A stretch of 64,000 nt of DNA, from assembly GCF_006345805.1 (NCBI RefSeq), contig NC_043013.1:7812001-7876000 (forward strand), written 5' to 3'. The position numbers and the translations under genes are program-made. Positions within the stretch are counted from its first letter, which is position 1; every line of letters starts with the position of its first letter. Positions 25,960 to 37,979 of the stretch are shown here, one piece after another. The notes beneath the pieces are model-generated. The model did not search any database, had not been told where the DNA came from, and saw nothing but the letters and a program-made list of their open reading frames with translations. The stretch comes from Octopus sinensis (Eukaryota).

Positions 25960-26588
25960 TGAAGCCATAATCCGTGGCCCCTACTTGGGACGTAGTCAGT
26001 CCACCTGTGCATACCTTCCTTCTTGTGACACTTGTGAAGACCTGTTGAGGCAAGTGAGAATCGAATCGAATCAAATCAAATCAAATCGAACCAAATCAAA
26101 ATAGATGAACATCAATGGAATTTGTATCCTTGTGGTACCAGTGCCGGTGGCACATAAGAAAACCATCCGAACGTGATCGTAGCCAGTACCGCAACGACTG
26201 GCCTCCGTGCTGAGGGCACGTAACAAACACCATCCGAGCGTGGCCGTCCGCCAGCCCCGTCTGGCACCTGTGTCGGTGACACATAAGAAAACACCATCCG
26301 AGCGTGGCCGTCAGCCAGCCTCGTCTGGCACCTGTGTCGGTGGCACATAAAAAACACCATCCGAGCGTGGCCGTCTGCCAGCCTTGTCTGGCACCTGTGT
26401 CGGTGGCACATAAAATCACCCACTACACTCTCGGAGTGGTTGGCGTTAGGAAGGGCATCCAGCTGTAGAAACACTGCCAGATCTGACTGGCCTGGTGCAG
26501 CCTTCGGGCTTGCCAGACCCCAGTTGAACCGTCCAACCCATGCTAGCATGGAAAGCGGACGTTAAACGATGATGATGGTGATGATGAT
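23881..26588 (+). mobile_element. 5'-truncated RTE-clade LINE with 3'UTR and (GAT)n tail, in PARP16 intron 1
   Basis: RT motifs KAPGPSGI, YRGIKLL, FVDMEKAFDRV, GVHQGSVLSPLLF, LLYADD, FRYLG, WYGHVARM, RGRPRK; no endonuclease domain (truncated). Confidence 0.95.
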
Positions 26589-26786
26589 ATATATATATAT
26601 ATTAGAAGAAATGAAGTACTCAGAAGATCGGATGGTTTATATTTACAGATATTTATTTATATATTACATTTTTTATATATATACCATATCACTTAGATCA
26701 TTAGCGCTTTCTCCCATTCTAGTGGGGTTTTCAAATCAAAAATGCTCCTATGTGGCTGCAATCAAATGATTGAAATATGTAAAAGA

Positions 26787-26840
<54 letters not shown>

Positions 26841-26867
26841 ATATATATATGTGTGTGTATAGGTTAA

Positions 26868-27090
26868 CCCTTTAGTATTTAATCTAGTCATAACCAACCC
26901 AAATATTCTACCTGTATTATATTAAAAACTGACCAGCTTCAACTTCTCACATCTACCCTACAATGTCATTCTAAAAATATACAAATGCACCATTGAAATC
27001 TTGAAGGTACAGGATATTGTGTGAATAATCCAAAACAATGTAAATAAATAAACAATACATTTGACAAAGAAATCTGAATGTTAAAGCATT
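26868..27090. mobile_element. piggyBac-type MITE, degenerate right end
   Basis: ttaa|ccctttagtattt; reverse relative of 37980-38195. Confidence 0.55.
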
Positions 27091-27412
27091 GAGTGTTAAA
27101 GCATTGAGGAAAGTCAAACAGTTAGTCAAGGCAGGTCAAGGGCATTTGCTTCCATTTAATTCAATCTGAAAAAAAATTTACTACACAATGGATAGTAAAA
27201 ATAGTACAAACTGGTAAAGAAAGTCCCTGACAGCTATTTCTAGGATATCCCAGCTGCTTTTTGAACAAGAGAATCACTCAGCCATGACTTCAATTGCTGT
27301 TGTTCTAACTGGAATTTTAGTGGCACACCTCTTTGAGCACTCAAAACACATACCTAAAAGATTGAGTCAACTTGACAAAAACTCCTCATAGCCTCTCTAT
27401 TTCTCTCTCTCT

Positions 27413-27474
<62 letters not shown>

Positions 27475-28029
27475 TTTTTGAAGTGATGTCCAGTTATTGT
27501 ATATTTAGAGTAATAAGGTAGTCAGAATGTTGGATGATTATTTTATTTACACTTTTAGCGCTTTCTTCCTTTATTAGATTTATTAAAAAGTGGTTTAAAG
27601 TTAGATTTCTTAGCCTTTTTATATATAAAAAAATTGATGGGTTTGCCAAGCAAGGGAGAAGAAAGAAGAAAAAAGTTTGAGAAAGAGGGGGTGGTAAAAA
27701 GGCGTGGTTTTTGTATTGGTATGGTCAGACTTGTTTAGTACTTAGTGACCTTTTAGTGTAGGGAAGGAAAAAGAATTTTTATATTTGAATAGGTCAAGGT
27801 CTTTGATTTGATTTTCTTCAGTAAAAATTATAATTGCATTTCATGTCTTGTTTCTTTATTCCTTTGTAGTCATTTATGTGGTGGAGGTAAAGAGGCATGG
27901 TTTTTGTATTAGTGTGGTCAAATTTTTATAGTAGTCAAGGTTTTTAATTAAAAAAGCCAGATGTTGTTTTTGACTGTCTTCAGTAAAAATTGTACTTGCA
28001 TTTCCAGGTCTTGTTTTTTTTTATTCTTT

Positions 28030-28789
28030 TGTATTCATTAAAAAATGGTTGTATGAATGTGGTCAACATTTTTGATTGAAATTCTAGATGTTTTTGAAAG
28101 AGTGATTTTTGAGTTCTATATATACACTCACACAGCAATTACATATATAAAAACACACACACCCAAAGACATGTACATGTTCATATTCTTGCACACATAC
28201 ATAAGTACACATTATGATTTTTTTTTTTAAATAATCAATTAATATAATTAAAGATTCATCATTGTGGTTAAATAAACTTGGAAAGTTGGGGTCATTTTAG
28301 CCACTATTGATTTTCGTCCAAGTATTTGTCTTTCAGACTGCAAAATGGAATTTAAAAAAAAAGGTAATATACAATGCTATCACAATTATATTTCCAAATT
28401 CATCTATTTCTGGTTGGCTCTTTTGTTTTGTATATTTTAAAGCTCCAACCTGGAATTTTCTAAAAGAGAAAGAGAGCCAAGTACAGAAGAGGGAAAGCAG
28501 CTGTCCTTGTAGAATTTTGGAATCTAGAGTCTTTTACAAGGTCCAACAACAATGTGGTAAAAAGGTTTTAGCAATGGTTTGAGATCATCTTTAAATCTTT
28601 AACACATATATACAATCAAATTCATATAGAATTCTCATAGGTAGAATTTCAAAAATATATGTGTGTTTTTATATATATAATTGCTGTGTGAGTGTATATA
28701 TAGAACTCAAAAATCACTCTTTCAAAAACATCTAGAATTTCAATCAAAAAAGTTGGCCACATTCATACAACCATTCTTTAATGAATACA
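28030..28789. repeat. 130-bp inverted repeat pair with 500-bp spacer
   Basis: 28030-28159 and 28660-28789 are reverse complements with 4 mismatches. Confidence 0.9.
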
Positions 28790-29025
28790 TATGTCTCTCC
28801 CTTCTTTTACTCATCCACCCCATTCTCAGTTCTGTTGTGGTGGGTGGTTCTTCTCAAGTGCAGTCCTCTATGGTAATTCCTCTCCTCAGAAAATCAGACA
28901 AATGATAGTTATTTTATTATTTTATTCTGTGAATACAATGATGGTTTTCCATTCCAGTTACTTCACTTTCCCCTTTTTTCCCCACTCCTAATAATCTTCT
29001 TTAAAAATTTTTCTGTATCTTGCAG

Positions 29026-29163
29026 GAACAAGCTGTAAAAGATATTCCTTCCATGGCACAGCTGGAACCATCTTTTGACAGTCTACCAGAATCAACAGTA
29101 AATTTACTTATGTGGCACTTCAACAATAAATATTTCACTCTTAAAACAAGAGACAAAAATGAT
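29026..29163 (+). CDS. PARP16: PARP16 exon 2
   Basis: ttgcag / gtaagg; EQAVKDIPSMAQLEPSFDSLPESTVNLLMWHFNNKYFTLKTRDKND, phase 0/0. Confidence 0.9.
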
Positions 29164-29609
29164 GTAAGGAACCTGTTTATCTTTATTCCTACTTATTCTT
29201 CTGTTTAACCAATTCTGCAGTGAAGAAATGATAAACTTCCTCTGTGACATTTCTTCAGGTTTCTTAAACACATCATCATCATTGTCATTGCCATCAACAT
29301 CATCATCGTCGTCGTCATCATCATCATCATTGTCATCATGTCTATTTGACCATGCTGGTATGGGCTGCACAAGGCTTCTTAAGATAGTATTCTACAGCCG
29401 GTTATTCTTTCTGGCACCAACTCTTACTCGTTCTTACGTTAGGTGTTTTTATTTCACTGGTCTTCACACTCTGAGTTATTGCGTAGCACAACATATTGTT
29501 TATGTGAGGTGTAAGCAAATATTCAAAGCTGCTGGAATAATGTAATGCCAACACATGTGGAAGCAAGCACGCACACACGCACACACACACACACACATAC
29601 ACACACTCA

Positions 29610-29692
<83 letters not shown>

Positions 29693-29864
29693 CGGGCTTC
29701 TTTCAGTTTCTGTCTACCAAATCCACTCACAAGGCTTTGGTCGGCCCGAGGCTATAGTAGAAGACACTCGCCTAAGGTGCCATGCAGTGAGACTGAACCC
29801 GGAACCATGTGGTTGGTAAGCAAGCTACTTACTACACAGCCACTCCTGTGCCTCTTTGTATATA

Positions 29865-29903
<39 letters not shown>

Positions 29904-29959
29904 CAATAAGAAAATGGAGGGGATCAGTAGGTGGTTCATCAACTTTTAGACATTATATA

Positions 29960-30375
29960 TATATATATCATCATCATGATGTTTATCGTTTAATGTCCGC
30001 TTTCCATGCTGGCATGGATTGGACGGTTTGACTGTGGGCTGGCGAACGAGATGGCGGCACCAGACTCCAGTCTTGATCTGGCAGAGTTTCTACAGCTGGA
30101 TGCCCTTCCTAATGCCAACCACTCCGTGAGTGTAGTGGGTGCTTTTACGTGCCACCAGCACGGAGGCTAGTCAGGCGGCACTGGCAACGACCTCACTCGA
30201 ATCTTTTTAAATATACCAACGGCACAGGTGTCAGTAAGATGATGCTGGCAACAATCCCACTCGAATGGTGCCTCTTACATGCCACCAGCACGGAAGCTAG
30301 TTAGCCGCTCTGGCAACGATCAAGCTTGGATGGTGCTCTTAGCACCCTACTAGCATGGGGCACAAGTGCCAGTGG
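29960..30375 (-). mobile_element. RTE 3'UTR copy
   Basis: Reverse complement of the RTE tail with diverged internal repeats. Confidence 0.75.
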
Positions 30376-30442
30376 TAATTCCTATTAACACTCAGACACA
30401 TACCATTACATTCAATTTACATTATATTACAATGTAAAATGA

Positions 30443-30842
30443 TATTCTTGAGCAGTGGCGGCTCGTAGATAAAATTAGTTGGGATGCTGCTTCAGAAATT
30501 TTTTAGCTGTTGTTTTAATACTGTGTAAAAAGAAACAAACATATAAAAATAAAATTTATACATAAACTTGATCGGTTCATATTTTATCCACTACTGGGTT
30601 GTGTGTTTAATTTGTTCACTGAACACTGCTATGAATTCCCCCTTGTTTTTCAAAATCTCCCTTGATTCACAAAATTAGGTGGGTAAATGTGCCCTGTTTT
30701 TCAAATCCTGGCAGCAGCACTAAAGTTGGAAGCAGGATAATAATCTAATTCTACACTTTATCACATTCAAGAATATAAACACGTTTTTAAGTCACAACAC
30801 ACGCGGAGTCAAAAAGAAACAGTACCTTTTACCCAGCACTGT
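30443..30842. mobile_element. Possible DNA-transposon MITE (cagtggcgg..cagcactg ends)
   Basis: Short imperfect terminal inverted match only; superfamily uncertain. Confidence 0.35.
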
Positions 30843-31218
30843 CGTTCATATAGTGCTCTCTCTCTCTCCCTAGTGTGAAGCTTCTGTTGTGGAATCTCAG
30901 ACATGTGAGCGTGCGCACAACAACCAAACACTTCATTGCTGGAACTGTGAAGCACATAGTTCTATACAAGGAGTTTGGTATTTTTCTTCAAAAACTAGGG
31001 GATGGCTACTGACATTAAGCTTAAGGACTATATAATGTACAATTATAAAGGAAAAATTAAAGTTTAAAGGACTCATTACATAGAATGTTATTGATAGTAT
31101 TGAGTTGAAATAGTGGGGTACTGCAGTTCCGCAGCTCCTATGCATCCTGTACTGTTCCTGAGACATCCTCCTTCCTATAGCTCAGTGTTTTACCTGCATC
31201 TGCCTTCTTTTTTTCCAG

Positions 31219-31425
31219 TATTACGACATTCTGAGCCTGACCGAAAGCCGAGAACCTACTTCAGTGGAACCGAGTCACGTGTTTGAGGTGCTTCCAAGTC
31301 AGCTCAGCCAATCGAAGTTTGAGCAACTCCAACAAGGGAGACAAATACTGTATGCCTATCATGGCAGCCGAGTGGAGAACTTCTACTCTATCCTCCACAC
31401 AGGATTAGCTTCTCATATGAATAAG
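31219..31425 (+). CDS. PARP16: PARP16 exon 3 (catalytic His)
   Basis: ttccag / gtaacc; YAYHGSRVENFYSILHTGLASHMNK matches PARP16 [25 protein letters not shown]. Confidence 0.95.
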
Positions 31426-31619
31426 GTAACCGGAAATAGATTCTTGTGCATCTTTTAACCTTTCCTGTTTCCGTCGTTGAGCTGCGGCCATGCTGGGGCT
31501 CTGCCTTCTTTTTTTTTTTTTAGTTGAACTGATATCAACCCTCGGTACTTACAATTCGTTTTTGGTCTAATACTTATTCTATCAGTCTCTTTTTGCTGCA
31601 AGAATATAAACAAACCAAC

Positions 31620-31807
31620 ACCACTTGTCAAGCGGTTGGGGTGGGGTGGGAGCAAACGCTGAGACAAGGAGACACGCACACACACACACACATATATATA
31701 TATATAATATATATATATACATGTGTGTGTGTGCGCGCGCGCGCATGCGTGTGAGCGTCTCCTTGTCTCAGCGTTCGCCCCCACCCCACCCCAACCGCTT
31801 GACAAGT

Positions 31808-31810
<3 letters not shown>
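31620..31810. repeat. Fold-back inverted duplication of a SINE segment
   Basis: Arms 31620-31674 and 31757-31810 complementary, with (CA)/(TG)/(TA) microsatellites between. Confidence 0.85.
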
Positions 31811-31847
<37 letters not shown>

Positions 31848-31879
31848 GTGTGTGTGTATGTGAGTGTGTGTTCATATCA

Positions 31880-32130
31880 AACAATCAGAATAATGCACAG
31901 GAAGGGAACAGGGAATGGTGTACTGTTGGTGAATTTCAGGAAGCATGGAAGTCGTGGAGGATGCAGTGTCCTGACACCCAACCACTGATGCGGGTAGTTT
32001 ATTCCATGCTTCAGCAATTCTGAGTGTGAAAAAAATCTTTCTGAAAGTCGTGGATGCTGTGTTATTTTTTGATTTTGTAAGTATGTCCACGAATGTCAGG
32101 CATATGGGATTCAAAAAGGTGCCCAAGGTT
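31880..32130 (-). mobile_element. CR1-like LINE 3' fragment
   Basis: FFTLRIAEAWNKLPASVV matches the CR1 ORF2 C-terminal pattern FFxxRVxxxWNxLP. Confidence 0.75.
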
Positions 32131-32254
32131 GTTGTTGTTGTTGTGAGAAAGATGATGGATAATCTTGTGGGAGTCTACTAAGTCTGTTGCAAGCATCCAC
32201 TGTTAAAAATAATTTACTTCATATCTCTCAAAGTTTCTAAATTCTTATAATGTA

Positions 32255-32580
32255 AAAATATTTTTAATTGCTTACAAAGTCAGAAAACAGCACTGCTCCC
32301 ATGACTTTCAAAAACATTTTTTCATGCTAAGAGTTGCTGAAGCATGGAACAAACTGCCGGCATCAGTTGTTAGTTGTCGGAGCACTGCATCCTTCAAAAC
32401 TTCCATGCTTCCTGAGATTCGCCAACACTACACCTGATTTTCTCTCCTCCATACACACGCAAACATGTATCTGACTCATACACTGTTCACTTTCCAGACA
32501 TTTGTACATTATATGCACTTTTGACAAGTTGTGTTGCACCTGAGCACTGTAGACAATAATTTCATTATTATTATTATTAT
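32255..32580 (+). mobile_element. CR1-like LINE 3' fragment with (ATT)n tail
   Basis: FMLRVAEAWNKLPASVVSCRSTASFKTSM.. then 3'UTR; inverted relative to 31880-32130. Confidence 0.8.
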
Positions 32581-32772
32581 AAATATTAAAAATTTTAAGC
32601 AAAATTTTGTGGAGGTTAAATTCAGAATGCTTTCTGGAATTTTTTCGTATGTGGCTCATCTGTCATTCAAAAAAATTTTGGCCTTCAGGAATTTTTTTGA
32701 TTTCAGAATTTTTTCATAAAAGATTATCAATTGTATTTGTATGGCTTTAAAAAATTTTATTTTTCTTTGCAG

Positions 32773-32938
32773 AATGGTATATTTGGAGAAGGTACTTACT
32801 TATCAAGTGAGCTATCTGTCTCTCTACACTACAGTCCTGCTGGTTTAGGCTGGTCAAAAAGCTGGCTGGGCAATCGATTGAGTTGTGTTGCTGTATGTGA
32901 AATTATTGATGACCCTTCTGTTAAATGTCAACCTAAAG
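32773..32938 (+). CDS. PARP16: PARP16 exon 4 (catalytic Tyr)
   Basis: ttgcag / gtgagt; [42 protein letters not shown]. Confidence 0.95.
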
Positions 32939-33473
32939 GTGAGTATAAACACAGCCTGTTCCTCAATATCCGAGACATAAACTTTATTTTCTTATCTTGC
33001 TTGAGTTACATTCTGTAATCCAGAAGTCATTGTCTCGGGGTTTTATCTCTTCATGGTCATATACAGATTTATTGATGGGAGAAAGACAATCAGAACTCTA
33101 AAGGTAATAGCAGAGCAACTGAGAAGAGTTTCTACTGGATCTGGTCAAGGAGAAATGGAAGCGAATTTAAGAGGGCTTTAGGAAGGGCATCCAGCTGTAG
33201 AAACTCTGCCAAATCTGATTGGAGTCTGGTGCAGCCATCTGGTTCGCCAGACCTCAGTCAAATCGTTCAACCCATGCTAGTATGGAAAGCAGACGTTAAA
33301 CGATGATGATGATGATGATGATGAATTTAACTGCTCCTGGGTATGAGTATGAAACCTGCATCCCTCTGCCAAGCTATGTTGAGCCATAGAAAGATTTCCC
33401 CAACAAATTCCGTCTGATCCAAGTGCACATGGAAAAGTGGATGTTAAATGATGAATTATCAAGAAAGAATACA

Positions 33474-33701
33474 TATTTCTTTGCTACCCACAAGGGGCTA
33501 CATACAGAGGAGACAAACAAGGACAGACTAAGGGATTAAGTCGATTACATCGACCCCAGTGCGTAACTGGTACTTAATTTATCGACCCCAAAAGGATGAA
33601 AGGCAAAGTTGACCTCGGCAGAATTTGAACTCAGAACGTAGCGACGGGCGAAATACTGCTCAGCATTTCACCCGGCGTGCTAACGATTCTGCCAGTTCGC
33701 C
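33474..33701 (-). mobile_element. Full-length tRNA-derived SINE (ggcgaactggcagaatcgttagc family)
   Basis: A box tggcagaatcgg-like, B box gagttcaaattc, central ctttcatcc..ggggtcgataaattaagtaccag, tail ccccttgtgggtagcaaagaaata. Confidence 0.8.
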
Positions 33702-33924
33702 AAGAAAGAATACAGGGCTCTGCTATCATCTGTGAAATGGCCCCATGCTCATTGTTTGGTGAAGGAGTATTCAGGAACTCTGGACAACATCATCATCATC
33801 ATCATCATCATTATTTTAATGTTCACTTTTCTATCCTTGCCTGGGTTGGGGAATCAAGCTCCTTAACTACACAACCCTGCATAAAACATTGAATATAGTT
33901 TATCTACTACAATTTAAATATTTA

Positions 33925-34215
33925 ACCATCGAGCGTAGCAGTTACTAGTGTCACCTGACAGGCGTCTGTGTCGGTAACACGTAAGAGCCGTTTGCCAGCC
34001 TGTGCTGGCTTCCGTGCCGGTGGCACATAAAAAACACCCACTACACTCACGGAGTGGTTGGTGTTAGGAAGGGCATCCAGCTGTAGAAACACTGCCAAAT
34101 CAGACTGGAGCCTGGTACAGCCTCCATGGCTTACCAGACCCCGGTCGAACCGTCCAACCCATGCTAGCATGGAAAACGGACGTTAAATGATGATGATGAT
34201 GATGATGATGATGAT
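33925..34215 (+). mobile_element. RTE 3'-tail copy
   Basis: Tail motif and (GAT)n. Confidence 0.8.
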
Positions 34216-34296
34216 TCTACTCAACAAGATAGAAAAAGATGTAAAATTACAAACAAACTCTTTATTTCTCTCTCTCTCTCTTTCTATACTCTTTAG

Positions 34297-34441
34297 GAGA
34301 CACTGAGTTGAAACGGTCACGTGCTCTGTTGCCTAATAGTATTGCTGGTGAAGTACCAGAAAAATACTATGTAATCAGAAATAATGATGTAATAAGAGTC
34401 AAATATTTGCTCGTCTATGCTGATAAATCACCTAATAACAA
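34297..34441 (+). CDS. PARP16: PARP16 exon 5
   Basis: ctttag / gtaagt; [41 protein letters not shown] matches PARP16 [24 protein letters not shown] (third triad Tyr). Confidence 0.95.
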
Positions 34442-34502
34442 GTAAGTTGACAATTTTGTCTCCCTTTTCACACCACAACTGATGCTTCTTAGGTCCAACC
34501 TT

Positions 34503-34788
34503 TCTTTCAGAGTACTAACACTCTGTCGAGTATGCACACCGACATTACACATCCATCAGAGCATGCTGGCTTCATTCCTTGTGAGCTTACGCATATCCTC
34601 AGCAGTCACGGCCCATGTTTGACTCCCATGTAGCATGGCTGTTCGTACACATGCGTCGTACAGTCTACCTTTTACTCTCAGCGAGAGGCCCTTTGTCACC
34701 AGCGAGTCTGGTTCGCCAGACCTCAGTCAAATCGTCCAACCCATGCTAGCATGGAAAGCAGACGTTAAATGATGATGATGATGATGAT
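34503..34788. mobile_element. RTE insertion with 5' inversion
   Basis: 34503-34703 is the reverse complement of LINE positions ~25495-25695; 34704-34788 is the sense tail. Confidence 0.8.
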
Positions 34789-35189
34789 TTGAATCAGATT
34801 TTATTAGTCTTGCTTTTGTGGAGGCGTATGGATTAGTGGTGTCGAACTCATTATCGTTAGATTGTGGTTTCGATTCCTGGACCGGGTGATGCGTTGTGTT
34901 CTTGAACAAAACATTTCATTTCACATCGCTCCAATTCAATCGCTCCAATTCAATATATACATGCCAGAGAAACTAGGAAACTGACCCTATGCTCCCTACA
35001 AAGAGATGTGGACTAACCAAGTCTTACTTTTACATGGCATTTTTTGAACCATAACATTATTGGTTACAGGTTTCCAAAGAGCCAGTCTACTAGCTTACTG
35101 CATTTCTGATAACCATAATGCCTATGTAATTTGTACAGAACAAATACTACAGAGTATTTTAGTTTGAAAGCACTTTTACGCTCTTCAGA

Positions 35190-35535
35190 TATACGAAGGG
35201 AGACACTGAAAGGGGTCTCAGGGAGTAGCATCCCTGCCTTCCTGAGCTAGTTTTCCATCACATTTCTTAAAAATCATGGTAGAGGCCTTGGTCTCGGGTA
35301 CACTCATGTCTAGAAACTGAGGTTGGGGGTAAGCAAGGGCATGCTCCCCGTAGAAAATCCAGCCCCAAGAAAACCTCATGATAGCAAAGGAGAATGGGCA
35401 CCAACCAGCCCAAAGGTTGGGGTGGGCTGTACCTGCCTACCTTAGTTGCTATATGGCATTGAGGTAGATCTGGCCACCCCCGTTAAAGGGGACAAAACCC
35501 GGATTTAAAACACTGGAGGAAGATGATGATGATAC
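35190..35535 (+). mobile_element. Probable non-autonomous retroelement with (GAT)n tail
   Basis: GC-richer block ending gaggaagatgatgatgat; single copy here, no ORF. Confidence 0.4.
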
Positions 35536-35869
35536 ACACACACATAGTAGAGACCATGCTAAAGTGGCCCTTCTCAGATGAAGGAGTAAACTACATGCGC
35601 AAACTACATGATGTCCTCGCTAGTGTTGGTGCCACAAAGCAAGCACCAAGTACACTTTTAAAGTGGTTGGCATTAGAAAAAGTATCCAGGTGTAGAAAAG
35701 CTTACATCGGAGCATGATGCAGTACTCAGATTTACTGGAGGGTTTTCAAAGGAACTTCTCAAACACAGTCACGTCAGGGCCCTTTTAAATGTCATTTTAA
35801 TTTGAGTGCCAAGTTCACAAAATTGGTAGATTTTTTTTCACATGTGGCTTTTTTTTTCTATATCGTTCA

Positions 35870-36220
35870 TGTAGTATGGCTGTGTGGTTAAGATACTTAT
35901 TTTGTGATCACTTAGTTTTAGGTTCAGTACCACTGCATGGCACTTCGGGCAAAGATCTGCTATGGCCCTGGGCCAACCCAATACCTTGTGAGTGGGTAGA
36001 CAGAAACTACATGGAAGCTTTTTGTGTGTATGTATACATATATATATATATATATATATATCAACATTAAAAAAATCAAGTGGTTTAGTAACAGAGACTG
36101 ATAGAATAAGTAGCAAACTTTAAAAATGAAAAAAGTACTGGATCTCTTTGTTCGACTAAACCCCTCAAAGTGGTGCCCCAGCATGGCCACAGTACCATGA
36201 CTGATACAAGTAAAAGATGA
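35870..36220 (+). mobile_element. Diverged CORE-type SINE
   Basis: Head, CORE-like segment and tail recognisable. Confidence 0.7.
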
Positions 36221-36249
36221 AATATACCTGATATTGTCTTTTTATCACT

Positions 36250-36622
36250 TATATTCTTTTACCTGTTTCAGTCATTAGACTGTGGCCATGCTGGGGCACT
36301 ACCTTGAAGAACTTTAGTCAAATGAGCCAACCTCGGTACTTTTTTTTTTAAAGCCTGGTACTTATTTTATCGCTCTCTTTTCATGAACTGCAAAGTTACA
36401 AGGACATAAACAAACCAACACTAGTTGTTAAGCAGTGGTGGGGGACAAGCACAGACACAAACACATACATTGGGCTTCTTTCAGTTTCCATCAACCAAAT
36501 CCACTCATAAGGCTTTAGTTGTCCCAAGGCAATAGTGGAAAGCACTTGTCCAAGGTGCCATGCAGTGATATTGAACCCTGACTCATATGGTTGGGAAGCA
36601 AGCTTCTTACCACACAGTCACA
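36250..36622 (-). mobile_element. Diverged CORE-type SINE, inverted to its neighbour
   Basis: Reverse complement of the family. Confidence 0.75.
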
Positions 36623-36709
36623 CTTTTGTCTATATTTCATTTCTCAAAGATACCTTATACTGAATTTTAATTAATGATTTTTTTTTTCTTTTTCATTTTG
36701 TCTTTCTAG

Positions 36710-36848
36710 ATTACAGAATCGTATGTCATGGTTCAGTCAACATAAATTTGCATTACTTATGGCATTTTATTTCCTACTCTTAGTAATTATTGGATTGGCC
36801 AATTCTAAACAATTTAAACAAAATGTAAAACGGTTGTTTAAATCTTGA
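36710..36848 (+). CDS. PARP16: PARP16 exon 6 (last; tail-anchor transmembrane helix)
   Basis: ttctag acceptor, phase 2; LQNRMSWFSQHKFALLMAFYFLLLVIIGLANSKQFKQNVKRLFKS* parallels the human LSWFSSHWFTVMISLYLLLLLIVSVINS tail. Confidence 0.93.
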
Positions 36849-37304
36849 TTTTTTTTTTTTTTTGTTAATTTAGACTGATGTAATTAACAAATGCAAAAAC
36901 CAAAAAAAAAAAGCAAAAAACAAAACAAAATGAAAGAAAATGAGAATCTGCAATTCCAGTGCTCTTGATTTATATATTATCTGCTTGTTGCTAAACAACG
37001 TTGAGTTTATACACCTTCCCAGACAATGCTTTATCAGATGTTCTTACAAGAGAGATAAGACAAACATTTAGTCTTCTATTATGTGTAAGCAGACAACATA
37101 TTTGGTTTTGCTGAGATTATTCGGGGGGCGAGGAAACACATGTGATCAGAAACCAAACTATCATAATTTCAAAATCTCCTGGGACTCAGTTTCCAATCGG
37201 ACCCAGAGATTTTCAAATTGTAAATCTGGTTTCAAACTCCCAACTGATTTTAGCAGCAACACCAATAATGAATGTTTCCATATACATTTTCGTTGTATCT
37301 CTCT

Positions 37305-37693
37305 TTCACCTGTTTCAGTCATTTGACTGCGGCCATGCTGGAGCACCACCTTTAATCGAGCAACTCGACCCCGGGACTTATTCTTTGTAAGCCCAGTACT
37401 TATTCTATCGGTCTCTTTTTGCCGAACCGCTAAGTGACGGGGACATAAACACACCAGCATCGGTTGTCAAGCAATGCTAGGGGGACAAACACAGACACAC
37501 ACACACATACATACATACATATATATATACATATATACGACAGGCTTCTTTCAGTTTCCGTCTACTAAATCCACTCACAAGGCTTTGGTCAGCCCGAGGC
37601 TATAGTAGAAGACACTTGCCCAAGGTGCCACGCTGTGGAGCTGAACCCGGAACCATGTGGTTGGTAAACAAGGTACTTACCACACAGCCACTC
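37305..37693 (-). mobile_element. Full-length CORE-type SINE
   Basis: Reverse complement of 49588-49975. Confidence 0.85.
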
Positions 37694-37979
37694 CGTGTAT
37701 TTATGTCATACAATGTATAAGTGAAAGGGATGGATAAACACGAAGTTATATTCCTGTTTGTTCTGTAACTTTTCATTGTTGATTAAATAAATATCACATA
37801 CAAAGGGTGAGTCAGTCATTTGCAATGCACTTATAAAAAAAATCGTCGGCAATGATGATTTTGGTTTTTTTTTTTTCAAGAAAGTGCCACCTTCATAGCT
37901 ATAGTGATTCTAAGTCATTGGCAGATTTCAAAATTGAATGCTTATATAATTGTGTGAGTTGTTTTGGATCCCGTCTTAA

